From Candidatus Moraniibacteriota bacterium (GTDB taxonomy: Bacteria; Patescibacteriota; Minisyncoccia; Moranbacterales; UBA1568), in contig JBPOIB010000001.1 in the NCBI GenBank assembly GCA_052034935.1, forward strand, positions 316,348-380,347: DNA of 64,000 bases, given 5' to 3'. Below the pieces are notes generated by a model. That model searched no databases and was not told the origin of the DNA. It saw only the letters and a list, made by a program, of their open reading frames with translations. How positions within the stretch are numbered: the stretch's first letter is position 1; every line of letters begins with the position of its first letter. Shown in pieces: positions 18,201-28,057 of this stretch. The position numbers and the translations under genes are program-made.

Positions 18201-19442
18201 TTATTCGTAGCGGAGCGCCTCCATCGGACTCACCCGCGCCGCCTTCAACGCTGGATAGAGTCCAAATGTGATTCCAATCACAAGCGAAACTGTGAATCCA
18301 ATCACGACCGATGAGAGCGGTACGAGAAATTGCCATTCGTAGCCGAGGCGCGGAATGATAAGCGCGGCGATATACGCAATTGCGATTCCAAAGAGAATAC
18401 CGATGATTCCGCCGAAGAGCGTGATGCAGGATGACTCAATCAGGAATTGAGTAACAATGTGTGTTGGTCGGGCACCAACCGCTTTCCGCAGCCCAATTTC
18501 ACGGATGCGCTGCGAGACGGAGATGAGCATTGAGTTCATGATTCCGATCCCTCCGACAAGGAGCGAGATCGAAGCAATTGCAATCAGAAAATACTTCAGG
18601 ACATCAGTGATGCTCGTGAGCACACCGAGAGCCGCCTGCGTACTCCGGACGGAAAAATCCGACTCTTCCCCCTCCTCGATATCATGCCGGTCGCGAAGAA
18701 GCGTGGTCATATCAAGAAGTGTCCGTTCGATATTTTCGACCCGATCGACTTTGCCACGGGCGAAATTCAGGTAGTTGATTCCGAGAAGGATTTTCTGGGC
18801 GGTTTCGAGCGGAACAAAAATAAGTACGTCTGGATTAGAAAAGGCCGCCGAACCACGTTCTTCAAGGACACCGATGACTTTGAATGGATTTTTCTTGATG
18901 GTGACTGTCTCCCCAATTGGATTACGGTCAGGAAAAAGGTCTTGTGCTCTAGCTGCACCCAAGACCACAACGCGTGAAAGATCGCTCTCTTCTTCCGGAA
19001 AAAAGAATCGGCCTTGTTCCACCTGAATATTCTCAACCTCGATCATATCTGGCGAGACCCCCTGGAAGCTCATCTCAAAGGAGTCCGCATCCGATTCGAC
19101 CGTCGCCGATCCGCTCACATAGCCGGAAATCGCAGTAAGATGAGGAACATTTCGATTCGAGCGGAGTGCCTTCAGGTCATCATTCTTGAATGTCGTCGTC
19201 ACGATACCAAGCGCCGAAGCGGGCGGCCCTTTTTCCTCCGAGGCGCCGGGCAATACCGCCACCAGATTCGAACCGACATTTTCAACCTGAGAAAGCACGA
19301 GGCGCTGAGCGCTCGCTCCGATTGCCATCACCATAATGACGGCTGCAACGCCAATAACGACGCCGAGAACCGTCAAGAAGAATCGGAGTTTGGACGAAGT
19401 GAGCGAACGATAGGTTATTTTAATCGGATCGGAAAGTTTCAT
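18201..19442 (-). CDS. ABC transporter permease, FtsX/MacB family (first of two tandem paralogs)
   Basis: MKLSDPIKITYRSLTSSKLRFFLTVLGVVIGVAAVIMV...; same architecture as the downstream paralog. Confidence 0.8.
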   Translation of the reverse strand: MKLSDPIKITYRSLTSSKLRFFLTVLGVVIGVAAVIMVMAIGASAQRLVLSQVENVGSNLVAVLPGASEEKGPPASALGIVTTTFKNDDLKALRSNRNVPHLTAISGYVSGSATVESDADSFEMSFQGVSPDMIEVENIQVEQGRFFFPEEESDLSRVVVLGAARAQDLFPDRNPIGETVTIKKNPFKVIGVLEERGSAAFSNPDVLIFVPLETAQKILLGINYLNFARGKVDRVENIERTLLDMTTLLRDRHDIEEGEESDFSVRSTQAALGVLTSITDVLKYFLIAIASISLLVGGIGIMNSMLISVSQRIREIGLRKAVGARPTHIVTQFLIESSCITLFGGIIGILFGIAIAYIAALIIPRLGYEWQFLVPLSSVVIGFTVSLVIGITFGLYPALKAARVSPMEALRYE

Positions 19443-19484
19443 AATTCACGGCTGGGTTCAGACATTCGAAAATGGGCTACGGGA

Positions 19485-20207
19485 CTACTTCAAGAGTTCA
19501 TCCTCGCCCGCCGCAATCCGACGATTCCGCACTGGTTCATCGGCTACAATCTCTCCGTCTACCATACGGAGGATACGCTTGGCGTGCTCAGCCGTTGATG
19601 TCTCATGTGTCACAAGAATGATTGTCCGGCCGGCGTCATTAAGCGCCTGCAGAATCGCCATCACCTGAAGTCCTGATTTTGAATCAAGATTTCCCGTCGG
19701 CTCATCCGCAAAGATAATCTCAGGGTCGTTTACGAGCGCTCGAGCAATCGCCGCGCGTTGTTTCTCGCCGCCCGAGAGCTGATTGGAAAGATAATCTGCC
19801 CGTGGAAGCATACCAACCGCTTCGAGGGCCGCCATCACCCGGTCATCATTCGACACTTCGGCGTTCTCATCATAGAGAAGCGGCAACTCCACATTCTCTG
19901 CTACACTCGTCTTCGGCAGCAGATTGAACGCCTGAAAAATAAACCCCACCTTTTTGTTCCGGAGCCGCGCCAGCTCATCATCAGTGAACTGCGTTACGTC
20001 TTTGCTATCCAAAAAGTATTTTCCGTCGGTAGAACGGTCAAGCAGTCCCAAGACCTGCATCAGGGTAGATTTTCCCGAACCCGACGGCCCCATAATCGAG
20101 AGGAACTCCCCCTTTTCAATCACAAAGCTTGCATCGCGCAGAGCAATCGTCTCGACGCCATCGCTCTCGTATACCTTCCTGAGCCCCTGGACTTGGATAA
20201 GTGACAT
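19485..20207 (-). CDS. ABC transporter ATP-binding protein (MacB/LolD-like)
   Basis: Walker [10 protein letters not shown], signature LSGGEKQR, Walker [13 protein letters not shown]. Confidence 0.88.
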   Translation of the reverse strand: MSLIQVQGLRKVYESDGVETIALRDASFVIEKGEFLSIMGPSGSGKSTLMQVLGLLDRSTDGKYFLDSKDVTQFTDDELARLRNKKVGFIFQAFNLLPKTSVAENVELPLLYDENAEVSNDDRVMAALEAVGMLPRADYLSNQLSGGEKQRAAIARALVNDPEIIFADEPTGNLDSKSGLQVMAILQALNDAGRTIILVTHETSTAEHAKRILRMVDGEIVADEPVRNRRIAAGEDELLK

Positions 20208-20219
20208 GAGGGATTGGAC

Positions 20220-21221
20220 CTATTTCTTTTGCGTTGCACCGATCGTGACTTCGTCGCCCTCTTTGAGGCCGGATTTCACTTCGATTGTTCCTTCGTCGCC
20301 CTCAAGCCCGGTTACGACCTCCACTTTCTCGAACCGATCTAAGTCACGTTTTACCTCAGCGTATGTTTTTGTTCCCTCTTTAACCAGGGCCCGATATGGC
20401 ACCCAGAGCACGCCGGACCGCTTTGCTGTCTCGATATCGATATTTCCCGTCATCCCTTCCCTTAGACGATCGTCGTTTCGTGAAAGACGGAAACGGACCT
20501 CGTACGATACGACGTCCTGAACCACCGTCGCTGCCGGATCGATATGAATTACCTCTCCTTCAAAAAGATCATCGTTCGAGAGTGAGTCAAAGGTAATTTT
20601 TGCTTTCATACCAAGCGCGATTTTGGCGATATCAGACTCTGGTACTCGTGACTCCAGTACCGAGGCGCCCGGTGCAACGACACGGGCGATTATTTGACCA
20701 AGCGTTACCACTTCACCCACACGTGCATCGAAACGGGAAACAAAGCCGCTCATCGGAGCGACGAGAATATCCTCTTTCATCTGAGCCTCTATGGTCCGGA
20801 CTTTTTCCCGAGCCTGGCGCGAAGCAAGCTCTTTTGCCGCGCGCTCCTCCGGCTTCAAGATATCCCAGTTGCGCCGGGCGAGTTTCTCACTCTCTTCGAT
20901 GATGGCCGCCGCGAGACGAGCCTCTTTGAGTTGGGAAAAAAATACCTCTCGATCAATCGAAGCAATCTTGTCACCTGCCTGCACGCTAACACCCGTATCG
21001 ACATAGACAGCATCAATAGTACCTGAAGAAAGGAACGCGACGTCGGCGTATGTCTCTGGAACAAGCTCGCCTGTCACGCTCACGGTCTCGGCGACATCGC
21101 CTCGACGGACCGTCTCGGTCTGAATGGGCTCAGCGGTATCTCGTCCCGTAAAGTAATAGAAAATTCCCCCAACAATGGCGACCGTACCGATGACGAGAAC
21201 GATTTTTTTCTTGAGTGACAT
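20220..21221 (-). CDS. efflux periplasmic adaptor (membrane fusion protein, HlyD/MacA family)
   Basis: N-terminal TM anchor, biotin-lipoyl-like hairpin and beta-barrel signature, coiled-coil segment; first gene of the MFP-ATPase-permease-permease operon. Confidence 0.8.
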   Translation of the reverse strand: MSLKKKIVLVIGTVAIVGGIFYYFTGRDTAEPIQTETVRRGDVAETVSVTGELVPETYADVAFLSSGTIDAVYVDTGVSVQAGDKIASIDREVFFSQLKEARLAAAIIEESEKLARRNWDILKPEERAAKELASRQAREKVRTIEAQMKEDILVAPMSGFVSRFDARVGEVVTLGQIIARVVAPGASVLESRVPESDIAKIALGMKAKITFDSLSNDDLFEGEVIHIDPAATVVQDVVSYEVRFRLSRNDDRLREGMTGNIDIETAKRSGVLWVPYRALVKEGTKTYAEVKRDLDRFEKVEVVTGLEGDEGTIEVKSGLKEGDEVTIGATQKK

Positions 21222-21227
21222 AGTTTT

Positions 21228-21656
21228 TTAGAGCAGAGTACGCTGTTTGGCGGCCAAATCAAGTGCCTTGTTGGCCTCAGCATCCGCCTTCGTATTGAAT
21301 TCGCGCCGGACATGGATGAATTCAACGCGGGAGAAATCAAGCATGAGATTCCAGACCTCGAAAAAGAGTGGCTGCAATCGCTCATTTTCAATCTTGTAGA
21401 TGTGATTGAGCTGCTTGCAAGCCAGTTCACTATCCATCCGGCATTCGACTTCTGTTTTTTTCGCTTTAGCTTTACCGAGCACAGCTTTCACTTTCTTCAG
21501 CCCGGCGACGATGGCTGCGTACTCAGCCTCATTGTTCGTCTTTATACCAAGAAACTCCCCGAAGCCGGTTCCGAAAGTTTCAAGATACACACCGAGAGCC
21601 GCCGGTCCAGGATTCCCCCGAGAACCGCCGTCCGTATACAGAATGACTTTTTCCAT
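21228..21656 (-). CDS. rnhA: ribonuclease HI
   Basis: MEKVILYTDGGSRGNPGPAA...NNEAEYAA...ADAEANKA; the characteristic DEDD catalytic spacing of RNase H1. Confidence 0.88.
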   Translation of the reverse strand: MEKVILYTDGGSRGNPGPAALGVYLETFGTGFGEFLGIKTNNEAEYAAIVAGLKKVKAVLGKAKAKKTEVECRMDSELACKQLNHIYKIENERLQPLFFEVWNLMLDFSRVEFIHVRREFNTKADAEANKALDLAAKQRTLL

Positions 21657-21706
21657 GATTTCAGTATACCAGAGCGATGTCTCAATCGGAAAACCCCGGG
21701 TTACCG

Positions 21707-23410
21707 CTACTTTGTGCGTCTCAGATCAAGCAGTTTTAACTGAAGCGCCGTCCGACCGTTCCAGGAGTTCTCTTCCAGCTGACAGGCGATGGAAAGCCGC
21801 TCACCCGGCGTCAGATCGGCATGTTTGGAAACCATCGACCAGCCCACCGCATCAAATGTTCCCTTTCCTGAAGCGTGACCAAGGGTGAGCTTCCAGTGTT
21901 TCGCGTCTTTGCCAACCATCCGAGCTTCACGTACTTCGAGATTGCTCATCTGGAAGACTGGCTCCGGATTTCCTTCACCGAACGGCGCCAGACCGCTGAG
22001 TGAGCGGGCTAAATCGATAGAAAGGTCATCGGGGTGAATCTCGGCATCGAGGAGTAGTTCCGGCACCGTTTCGACATGTCGAAGCCGATCGTCGACAATT
22101 GCTTTGAACCGCTCGATGAACGCTTCCATCCGATCGTTTCGAATCGTGAGTCCGGCCGCCTGCTCATGGCCGCCGAATTTCTCGAAGAGGTCAGCACATG
22201 TTTCAAGTGCCTCGATAACATTGAATCCCACGATGCTGCGGAATGATCCTGTACTCGTCGTCTCCCCCTGTTGAAACACACCCGTCGGCTTTCCGAGCTC
22301 ATGAGCGACCTTTCCTGCAACGAGTCCAACGACGCCGAGTGGAAACTCCGGACCGGTAGCGATAATGAATTTTTCCTCCGAAAAGCGAAGTTCGGCGACT
22401 GCTCGCACATTTTCCGCAGCGGCTTGGCTTACCTTTTGTCGAGCGACATTATAGCCTTCGAGCTCGAGCGCGAGAAGCCTGGCCTGCACCCGATCAGTCG
22501 TTGCCAAGAGCTCGTGGGCCGTTTCGGCATGAGCCATCCGGCTCGCTGCATTAATCCGGGGTGCAATCTGAAAGGCAATCATTCGCGCAGTCGGAGGCTG
22601 TCGGTCATCAATCGGAATCCGCCCAACAACATACATCTCCTGCAAACCTGGCCGGCGTGTCTTCTGAAGTACGATGAGACCGTACTTCACCAGAACCCGA
22701 TTCTCGCCGATAAGTGGCATCACGTCCGCTACCGTCCCGATGGCTGTCACATCGAGGAGCCATTTGAGTTCGTCCAGTCGTTCAGGCATAAGCCGGCGAT
22801 AGAGAGCTGTTGCCACTTTGAACGAGGTCCCGGCGCCGCAGAGCTCACGGAAAGGATAGGTATCTGTTGGAATCTTCGGATTGATGATAGCGAAGGCTTC
22901 TGGCAATACTTCAGGAACATGATGATGGTCAATCACGATTGTTTCCATACCGAGTGCTTTTGCCTCGGCAATCTCAGCATGATTCATCATCCCGCAGTCA
23001 AGCGTCAGGATGAGCCGCACTCCCTCAGCTGAAAAACGGGCAATCGCTTTGCGACTCAGACCATGTCCCTCATCAATCTTATGCGGAATATGAACAATAA
23101 GATTGATACCGAGACTCTGGAGTGTCTCGCGCATGATGACCGATGACGTGACGCCATCGGCATCGAAATCGCCGAAAACACCAACTTTCTCACCTTCTTT
23201 CCTTGCCACATCTATTCGCCCCACTACTTTCTCCATATCAAGGAACAGGAAGGGGTCGTGCAGATCACGGTCATAATTCGGAGAGAAGAACCGATCCTGT
23301 TCTTTCGGATCAATACCCCGCTGCCGAAGGATATGCGCCACGACAGAAGACGACCCTTGTGGGGTCGTATGGCGGAAAAAACCCGGTTTTTCTTTCCATG
23401 TAAGCGACAT
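21707..23410 (-). CDS. recJ: single-stranded-DNA-specific exonuclease RecJ (ORF track extends to 23548; ATG at 23410 gives a conventional N-terminus)
   Basis: DHH motifs (VGVFGDFDADGVTS, HIPHKIDEGHG), DHHA1 domain (GGGH-type GGHEQAAG), C-terminal OB-like domain. Confidence 0.85.
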   Translation of the reverse strand: MSLTWKEKPGFFRHTTPQGSSSVVAHILRQRGIDPKEQDRFFSPNYDRDLHDPFLFLDMEKVVGRIDVARKEGEKVGVFGDFDADGVTSSVIMRETLQSLGINLIVHIPHKIDEGHGLSRKAIARFSAEGVRLILTLDCGMMNHAEIAEAKALGMETIVIDHHHVPEVLPEAFAIINPKIPTDTYPFRELCGAGTSFKVATALYRRLMPERLDELKWLLDVTAIGTVADVMPLIGENRVLVKYGLIVLQKTRRPGLQEMYVVGRIPIDDRQPPTARMIAFQIAPRINAASRMAHAETAHELLATTDRVQARLLALELEGYNVARQKVSQAAAENVRAVAELRFSEEKFIIATGPEFPLGVVGLVAGKVAHELGKPTGVFQQGETTSTGSFRSIVGFNVIEALETCADLFEKFGGHEQAAGLTIRNDRMEAFIERFKAIVDDRLRHVETVPELLLDAEIHPDDLSIDLARSLSGLAPFGEGNPEPVFQMSNLEVREARMVGKDAKHWKLTLGHASGKGTFDAVGWSMVSKHADLTPGERLSIACQLEENSWNGRTALQLKLLDLRRTK

Positions 23411-23606
23411 GTCCGATTCAGACAATGATGATTTCAGCCTCGAAGTCGTTATGTTTGGACTCAGAGACGGAGCACTTATTTGTAAGCACCCCACACAGGG
23501 TTCACACAGTTTCGGGCAGACCCACATCTCATGCGAACCGTTTCGCACTACATCTAATCTTGAAGTCTTCTTAGTATAGCGTACATTGAAACCGGTCCAA
23601 TAATAG

Positions 23607-24686
23607 TTACCGTTTTGAAGCCCCTTTGAGCGCCTCGATATGCCGCTTCTCTTCGGAAGAAAGCGACCGAGGGATGATAATCGAAGTTTTTACTAAGTGG
23701 TCGCCACGGCCGAAGCGGCCGAGCTTGGGTATTCCTTTGCCGCGGATACGGAAAATCTCGCCCGGCTGCGTTCCGGCCGGAATCTTCATATTCACTTCAC
23801 CATCAATAGTTGTAACCGGAACCTTATCACCCAGCGCGAACTGATGGAACGCGAGCGGAAGTTCTGAAGCGATATCATCTCCTTGCCGAGAGAACCGGCT
23901 ATCGCGTTTCACCCGGACAACAACATAGAGGTCGCCGTTTGGTGCACCGAACTCTCCGGCCGCTCCCTGGCCCGTCAGTGAAAGCGCTTGCCCGTCCTCG
24001 ATACCGGCTGGGATACTGATCTCCTTTGATACTTCTCCTTCCGCTCGGCCCACTCCGCGGCAACGATGACATGCTTCACTCTGGATTCTCCCTCTTGCGT
24101 GGCAACGATTACACGGCACCGACTGGGTAAATGTTCCGAGTATTGTATTGATATTCTGAGCAATTGAACCCCTGCCACCACAATCCGAGCAGGTCTTTTC
24201 ACTCGATCCGGGAGCGCCGCCCGTTCCCTGACAATCAGGACACCGGACAAAGGTCCGAAAATTGACTTGTCGCTTCGCGCCCTGAACCATTTCTTCAAAG
24301 CTGATTGCGATGTCGGTCTGGATATCGCTGCCGCGGCCCGATCGCTCTCGTCGACCGCCGCCGGTAAAAAGATCAGAAAAGAGATCCTCCATATTGGCGC
24401 CGCCGAAATTAAACCCTGCACTGCCATTAAAATCAAAACCACCGAATCCCTGCCCCCGTGACTGGCCAGATGATCCAGAGAATGTCTGCCCGTACTGATC
24501 ATACTGTCGTCGCTTTTCTGGATCACTGAGGGTACTGTAGGCTTCGTTAATTTCCTTAAACTTGGCCTCGTCGCCACTCTTCTTGTCCGGATGATGCGCA
24601 TGAGCAAGCTTCCGATAGGCTTTTTTCAGCTCATCGGGCGAAGCGGTCTTGGAAACCCCCAGAATAGAATAGTAGTCTTTAGGCAT
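23607..24686 (-). CDS. dnaJ: chaperone DnaJ (ORF track starts 21 nt further upstream; [11 protein letters not shown] is the canonical N-terminus)
   Basis: J-domain with HPD (AHHPDK), Gly/Phe-rich region, four CxxCxGxG zinc-finger repeats, C-terminal substrate-binding domains. Confidence 0.92.
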   Translation of the reverse strand: MPKDYYSILGVSKTASPDELKKAYRKLAHAHHPDKKSGDEAKFKEINEAYSTLSDPEKRRQYDQYGQTFSGSSGQSRGQGFGGFDFNGSAGFNFGGANMEDLFSDLFTGGGRRERSGRGSDIQTDIAISFEEMVQGAKRQVNFRTFVRCPDCQGTGGAPGSSEKTCSDCGGRGSIAQNINTILGTFTQSVPCNRCHARGRIQSEACHRCRGVGRAEGEVSKEISIPAGIEDGQALSLTGQGAAGEFGAPNGDLYVVVRVKRDSRFSRQGDDIASELPLAFHQFALGDKVPVTTIDGEVNMKIPAGTQPGEIFRIRGKGIPKLGRFGRGDHLVKTSIIIPRSLSSEEKRHIEALKGASKR

Positions 24687-24700
24687 ACAGGATAACAAGA

Positions 24701-24742
24701 TTAGCACTCATAATTATCGAGTGCTAATCAATGGCTGTCAAC
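24701..24742 (-). promoter_or_regulatory. CIRCE operator (HrcA binding site) overlapping a sigma70-like promoter of dnaJ
   Basis: Perfect CIRCE TTAGCACTC-ataattatc-GAGTGCTAA at 24701-24727, 15 nt upstream of the dnaJ ATG; minus-strand TTGACA (24742-24737), 16-nt spacer, CATAAT inside the CIRCE left arm. Confidence 0.8.
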
Positions 24743-24880
24743 CCCTCTCGGGTTAGGGCATCATTGTGAGCGGCTATCTAGTGCCCGGTTCTCAGAAAAC
24801 AATCCTCAGGAAGATTTAGATTCTTCGCCTCTGGAACGAATCCCCACACCGCCGCTCCTTCCGCTCCCACACCGGGATTA

Positions 24881-25849
24881 TCAGACAATAATCTCGCGTT
24901 CCGCAGGAACCCGCTTCACCTCGATCATCTTTGCCCGGATGAGAGCGAGAAAAATTACCGTCGCCAGTGATAGGGAAAACGAACCGATAATAGATCCGAG
25001 AGGGTAGACTGTGAAGAAAAGGAGGATTGAGAGGAAAAATGGAAGAAAGGGAACGGGATTTGATGCCTTTTCCTCACGTCCAGAAACAAAAGCAATCACT
25101 TTCTTCCTCAGCACTTCGGAAAGAACAGCATTCATATTTTCTGTACCGGCGACTTCTCGGCCGAGAAGTTTGGAAAGTTCCGCTTTTGAACGGATAATTT
25201 CAGCCTGCCGGAGTACCCCCGTCACCCCCCGCTCAACAACATTCCCATTCTCGAGCATTACGACCGGTCTGAGCTCCTCAAGAAAACTATCAACCGAAAG
25301 ATTGCGGTCCTGCAAAGTCGAAAGAGACGGCGAGAACTGGCTCGCCGTCCGAAGGAGCCATGCCCCCGTCCCCTCCGCGAGGTCGAAGTTCGGAACAAGC
25401 TCATCCCAAGAGAGCGTATTTACATTGTGGTAGTACTGGCTCGATATGACGAGAGTGAGCGCAAACAGTACCTGGGCGAATCCAACTCCTACTGCCCGGT
25501 AGATTGAAATCCGTACTCGCTCACCGATTTCCCTATCGATTCGAATCAAGCCGATAAATACAAATAGTGCTCCAAGCGCAATAATACCGAGATGCGCCAA
25601 TGACGGAGCGAAGAATAGACTCGGAAGAAGAAAAAGAACACTCCCAATCGATCGATAAACACTCTCTTGCCAGAGAATACTTGCCAGGGAGAAGGCCGTT
25701 AGTAATAAGAAAAACCAAATGACCGGTACGATAAAAACACTGGCCGTCTTGGAGAAGACCGCATTCGTCACGGATGAAAAAGCAAACCAGGAAAACAGCC
25801 CCACAAGAAAAAGCAGAATAAGGGCGATAATCTGACGCTTCGATGTCAT
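24881..25849 (-). CDS. hypothetical polytopic membrane protein (ORF track extends to 26035, overlapping mltG; Met at 25849 or 25870 more likely)
   Basis: Six or more predicted TM helices in the N-terminal half, a soluble middle segment, C-terminal TM helices; no recognisable family. Confidence 0.5.
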   Translation of the reverse strand: MTSKRQIIALILLFLVGLFSWFAFSSVTNAVFSKTASVFIVPVIWFFLLLTAFSLASILWQESVYRSIGSVLFLLPSLFFAPSLAHLGIIALGALFVFIGLIRIDREIGERVRISIYRAVGVGFAQVLFALTLVISSQYYHNVNTLSWDELVPNFDLAEGTGAWLLRTASQFSPSLSTLQDRNLSVDSFLEELRPVVMLENGNVVERGVTGVLRQAEIIRSKAELSKLLGREVAGTENMNAVLSEVLRKKVIAFVSGREEKASNPVPFLPFFLSILLFFTVYPLGSIIGSFSLSLATVIFLALIRAKMIEVKRVPAEREIIV

Positions 25850-25859
25850 AAGACTCTTG

Positions 25860-26900
25860 CTAGAGACCATGTTCAGCCCGATTGCGCTGATGCCCCTCAA
25901 AATCCTCAGCAAAATAGGTCGTACGGGTTTTGAGATTAATGAGAAAGTAATAATAGGGATTGCTCGTCGGATGAAGTGTCGCGACAATCGACATAAGACT
26001 TGGATTCCCAATCGGCCCAGGCGGCAGCCCGGCATTCGCGTACGTATTATAAGGCGACGTTGATTTCAAATCCTCAAAGGTCGGCTGATCCTTGGCTGTC
26101 CCATGGATGTAATTGATCGTCGCGTCGCTCTGAAGCGGCTGTCCGATTGCCAAGCGTTTTCGGAATACATCGCTGATATTCTTCCGGTCAGCATCCGTTC
26201 TCCCCTCCTCTTCAACAATAGATGCGAGTGTCAATACCTCATGGAAGGAAAGTCCTCGCGCTGCCATATCCCGTGCGATCAAACCGGAGGCCTTCGTTCT
26301 GAAATTCTTCAAGAACTCACTCACGATAAGCTCGCCAGTCGCCTGAGGTGGAAAGATATAGGTATCAGGAAAAAGATACCCTTCAAGACTCGCACCTTCT
26401 GGAAGATTTTTCAGAAAGTCGAAGCGTTCCCTCCACTTCGGAAATGGTTTCGAAGCAATCGCCAGAAACTCGTCGCCGGCCAATCCGGACTCATTTAAGC
26501 GGTTGGCTATTTCCTTCATCGTCCAACCCTCAGGAAATGTCACTTTCACCCCTGCTGGGACTACTTTTCCCTCAACAATCCGACTGACAATTTCCGGGAT
26601 GGCGAGTCCACCGGAGAGACTATATTCGCCGACCTGAAATTTCTTGTACAGACCCGTTTTGGCCGCATAGACAATGAATGTGAGGCGTCCATCGATAATG
26701 CCTGCCTGTTCCAGGCGTTCCGCAACAGAGACGAGGCCCTCACCACTCCCGACCATAAAGCGCTGACTATCACCTTGTGGTCCCCGGGCCGAATCGGCCC
26801 GAGAAAGCAGATACCAAAAAGAGACCGCCAGAAGAGCAGTGAGAAGAAGGCCAGCAAGCGCAAGTGACTTTGCGATACGAAAAAGAAGTGTCATGATCAA
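25860..26900 (-). CDS. mltG: endolytic murein transglycosylase MltG (YceG-like)
   Basis: N-terminal TM, YceG/MltG domain (...LQSDATINYI..., ...PGPIGNPS...). Confidence 0.85.
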   Translation of the reverse strand: MIMTLLFRIAKSLALAGLLLTALLAVSFWYLLSRADSARGPQGDSQRFMVGSGEGLVSVAERLEQAGIIDGRLTFIVYAAKTGLYKKFQVGEYSLSGGLAIPEIVSRIVEGKVVPAGVKVTFPEGWTMKEIANRLNESGLAGDEFLAIASKPFPKWRERFDFLKNLPEGASLEGYLFPDTYIFPPQATGELIVSEFLKNFRTKASGLIARDMAARGLSFHEVLTLASIVEEEGRTDADRKNISDVFRKRLAIGQPLQSDATINYIHGTAKDQPTFEDLKSTSPYNTYANAGLPPGPIGNPSLMSIVATLHPTSNPYYYFLINLKTRTTYFAEDFEGHQRNRAEHGL

Positions 26901-26902
26901 AC

Positions 26903-27343
26903 TTAATAGCCAATCACCTGAATCACCACATCTCGATCCCGGGCTCCATCGAATTCAACGGCGAAGATATTCTGTCGCTCAGTGAGAAGGAGTAAACCCT
27001 TTTCAACCGGAATCGTTTCACTGTTTCCGAGCAGGATTGCTTTGCAATGCGAATGCCCATTTGATCGGCCGTCGGATTTCGCTTCCCGACGCAGCTCAAA
27101 GAGATCATGAGAATACTGATCGTCAACCGGAACAATCTTATAGAGAACACGCATGAAATCCTGCAGGAGCATCACTTCATTATGATTGATCGCTACGCCC
27201 ATCGTCGTGTGCGGTACATACACGAGCGCCTGCCCTTCACGGATACCGGAGCGCGAAACAATCTCCTGCACCTCGGTCGTGATGTCGATAAATTGAATCT
27301 GGGTCGTGCTCTTGAGATCGATACGCTCTTTATGGATTTTCAT
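26903..27343 (-). CDS. YjbQ/UPF0047 family protein (secondary thiamine-phosphate synthase-like)
   Basis: YVPHTTMGVAINHNE ... NGHSHCKAILLGNS ... EFDGARDRDV, as in the YjbQ family. Confidence 0.75.
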   Translation of the reverse strand: MKIHKERIDLKSTTQIQFIDITTEVQEIVSRSGIREGQALVYVPHTTMGVAINHNEVMLLQDFMRVLYKIVPVDDQYSHDLFELRREAKSDGRSNGHSHCKAILLGNSETIPVEKGLLLLTERQNIFAVEFDGARDRDVVIQVIGY

Positions 27344-27376
27344 ATTTGTTTTTAACCAAGAGAACGGAACGACAAT

Positions 27377-27688
27377 TTAAATCGCGCCGAGAGCCTCCCG
27401 CAAGGCTCCTTCCTCCTGAACCCCTACAAACTCCTTTACCACTGCCCCGGCCTTGAAGACCTTCATCGTCGGAATCGACATCACGCCATACTCACTCGCG
27501 ACTTCCGGATGCTCATCGACATTGAGCTTACCAATCTTCATCGTCACTATTTCCCCAGACAGTTTATCGATGACCGGCCCCATGATTTGGCAGGGTCCAC
27601 ACCACGGTGCCCAGAAATCAACCAACACCGGCTTGTCGCTTTTCAGGACCTCCGTCTCAAAATTCTCTTTCGTAAACTCCATTGCCAT
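27377..27688 (-). CDS. trxA: thioredoxin
   Basis: WCGPC active site; 103 aa. Confidence 0.92.
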   Translation of the reverse strand: MAMEFTKENFETEVLKSDKPVLVDFWAPWCGPCQIMGPVIDKLSGEIVTMKIGKLNVDEHPEVASEYGVMSIPTMKVFKAGAVVKEFVGVQEEGALREALGAI

Positions 27689-27734
27689 AAAGATTTTTTT
27701 CCATCAATTACCTTTTTATTCTACTTTTTTCGTC

Positions 27735-27779
27735 ATAAAAAAGCAAAGAGGCATGCCGATAGTGATTATCGTCATGCCT
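27735..27779 (-). terminator. rho-independent terminator after the small acidic ORF
   Basis: Stem GGCATGCCGATA / TATCGTCATGCC (one mismatch), loop gtgat, then CTTTGCTTTTTT on the minus strand. Confidence 0.5.
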
Positions 27780-27781
27780 TC

Positions 27782-27994
27782 TCAATCATCTGCCGGAAGC
27801 GCCACTGCTTTAGGACAGAGAAACAGCCGAAGTTCCGGGTGGAGCGTAGTCGCTTCATCGGCGGTCAATCCGAGAAGCTCCAGAATAAGCTCAATGAGAG
27901 CGACCGGATCCCCATCTTCTGCTTCTCGCACCGCCTTGGCCAAAAAAGGTACCAGATTCTGGTACCGTAAGAACTCATCATAACGACAGCTCAT
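27782..27994 (-). CDS. hypothetical small acidic protein (70 aa)
   Basis: ATG at 27994 preceded by GAGGGGG 6 nt upstream; own terminator immediately downstream; no family recognised. Confidence 0.45.
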   Translation of the reverse strand: MSCRYDEFLRYQNLVPFLAKAVREAEDGDPVALIELILELLGLTADEATTLHPELRLFLCPKAVALPADD

Positions 27995-28057
27995 GGATAC
28001 CCCCTCAATAAAACATAGTCCTTACCCTAACGGAGCAGGCCGCCTTTGTCAAAAATC

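Noticed and set aside
22271-23032. 253-aa ORF on the plus strand
   Set aside because: Antisense to recJ.
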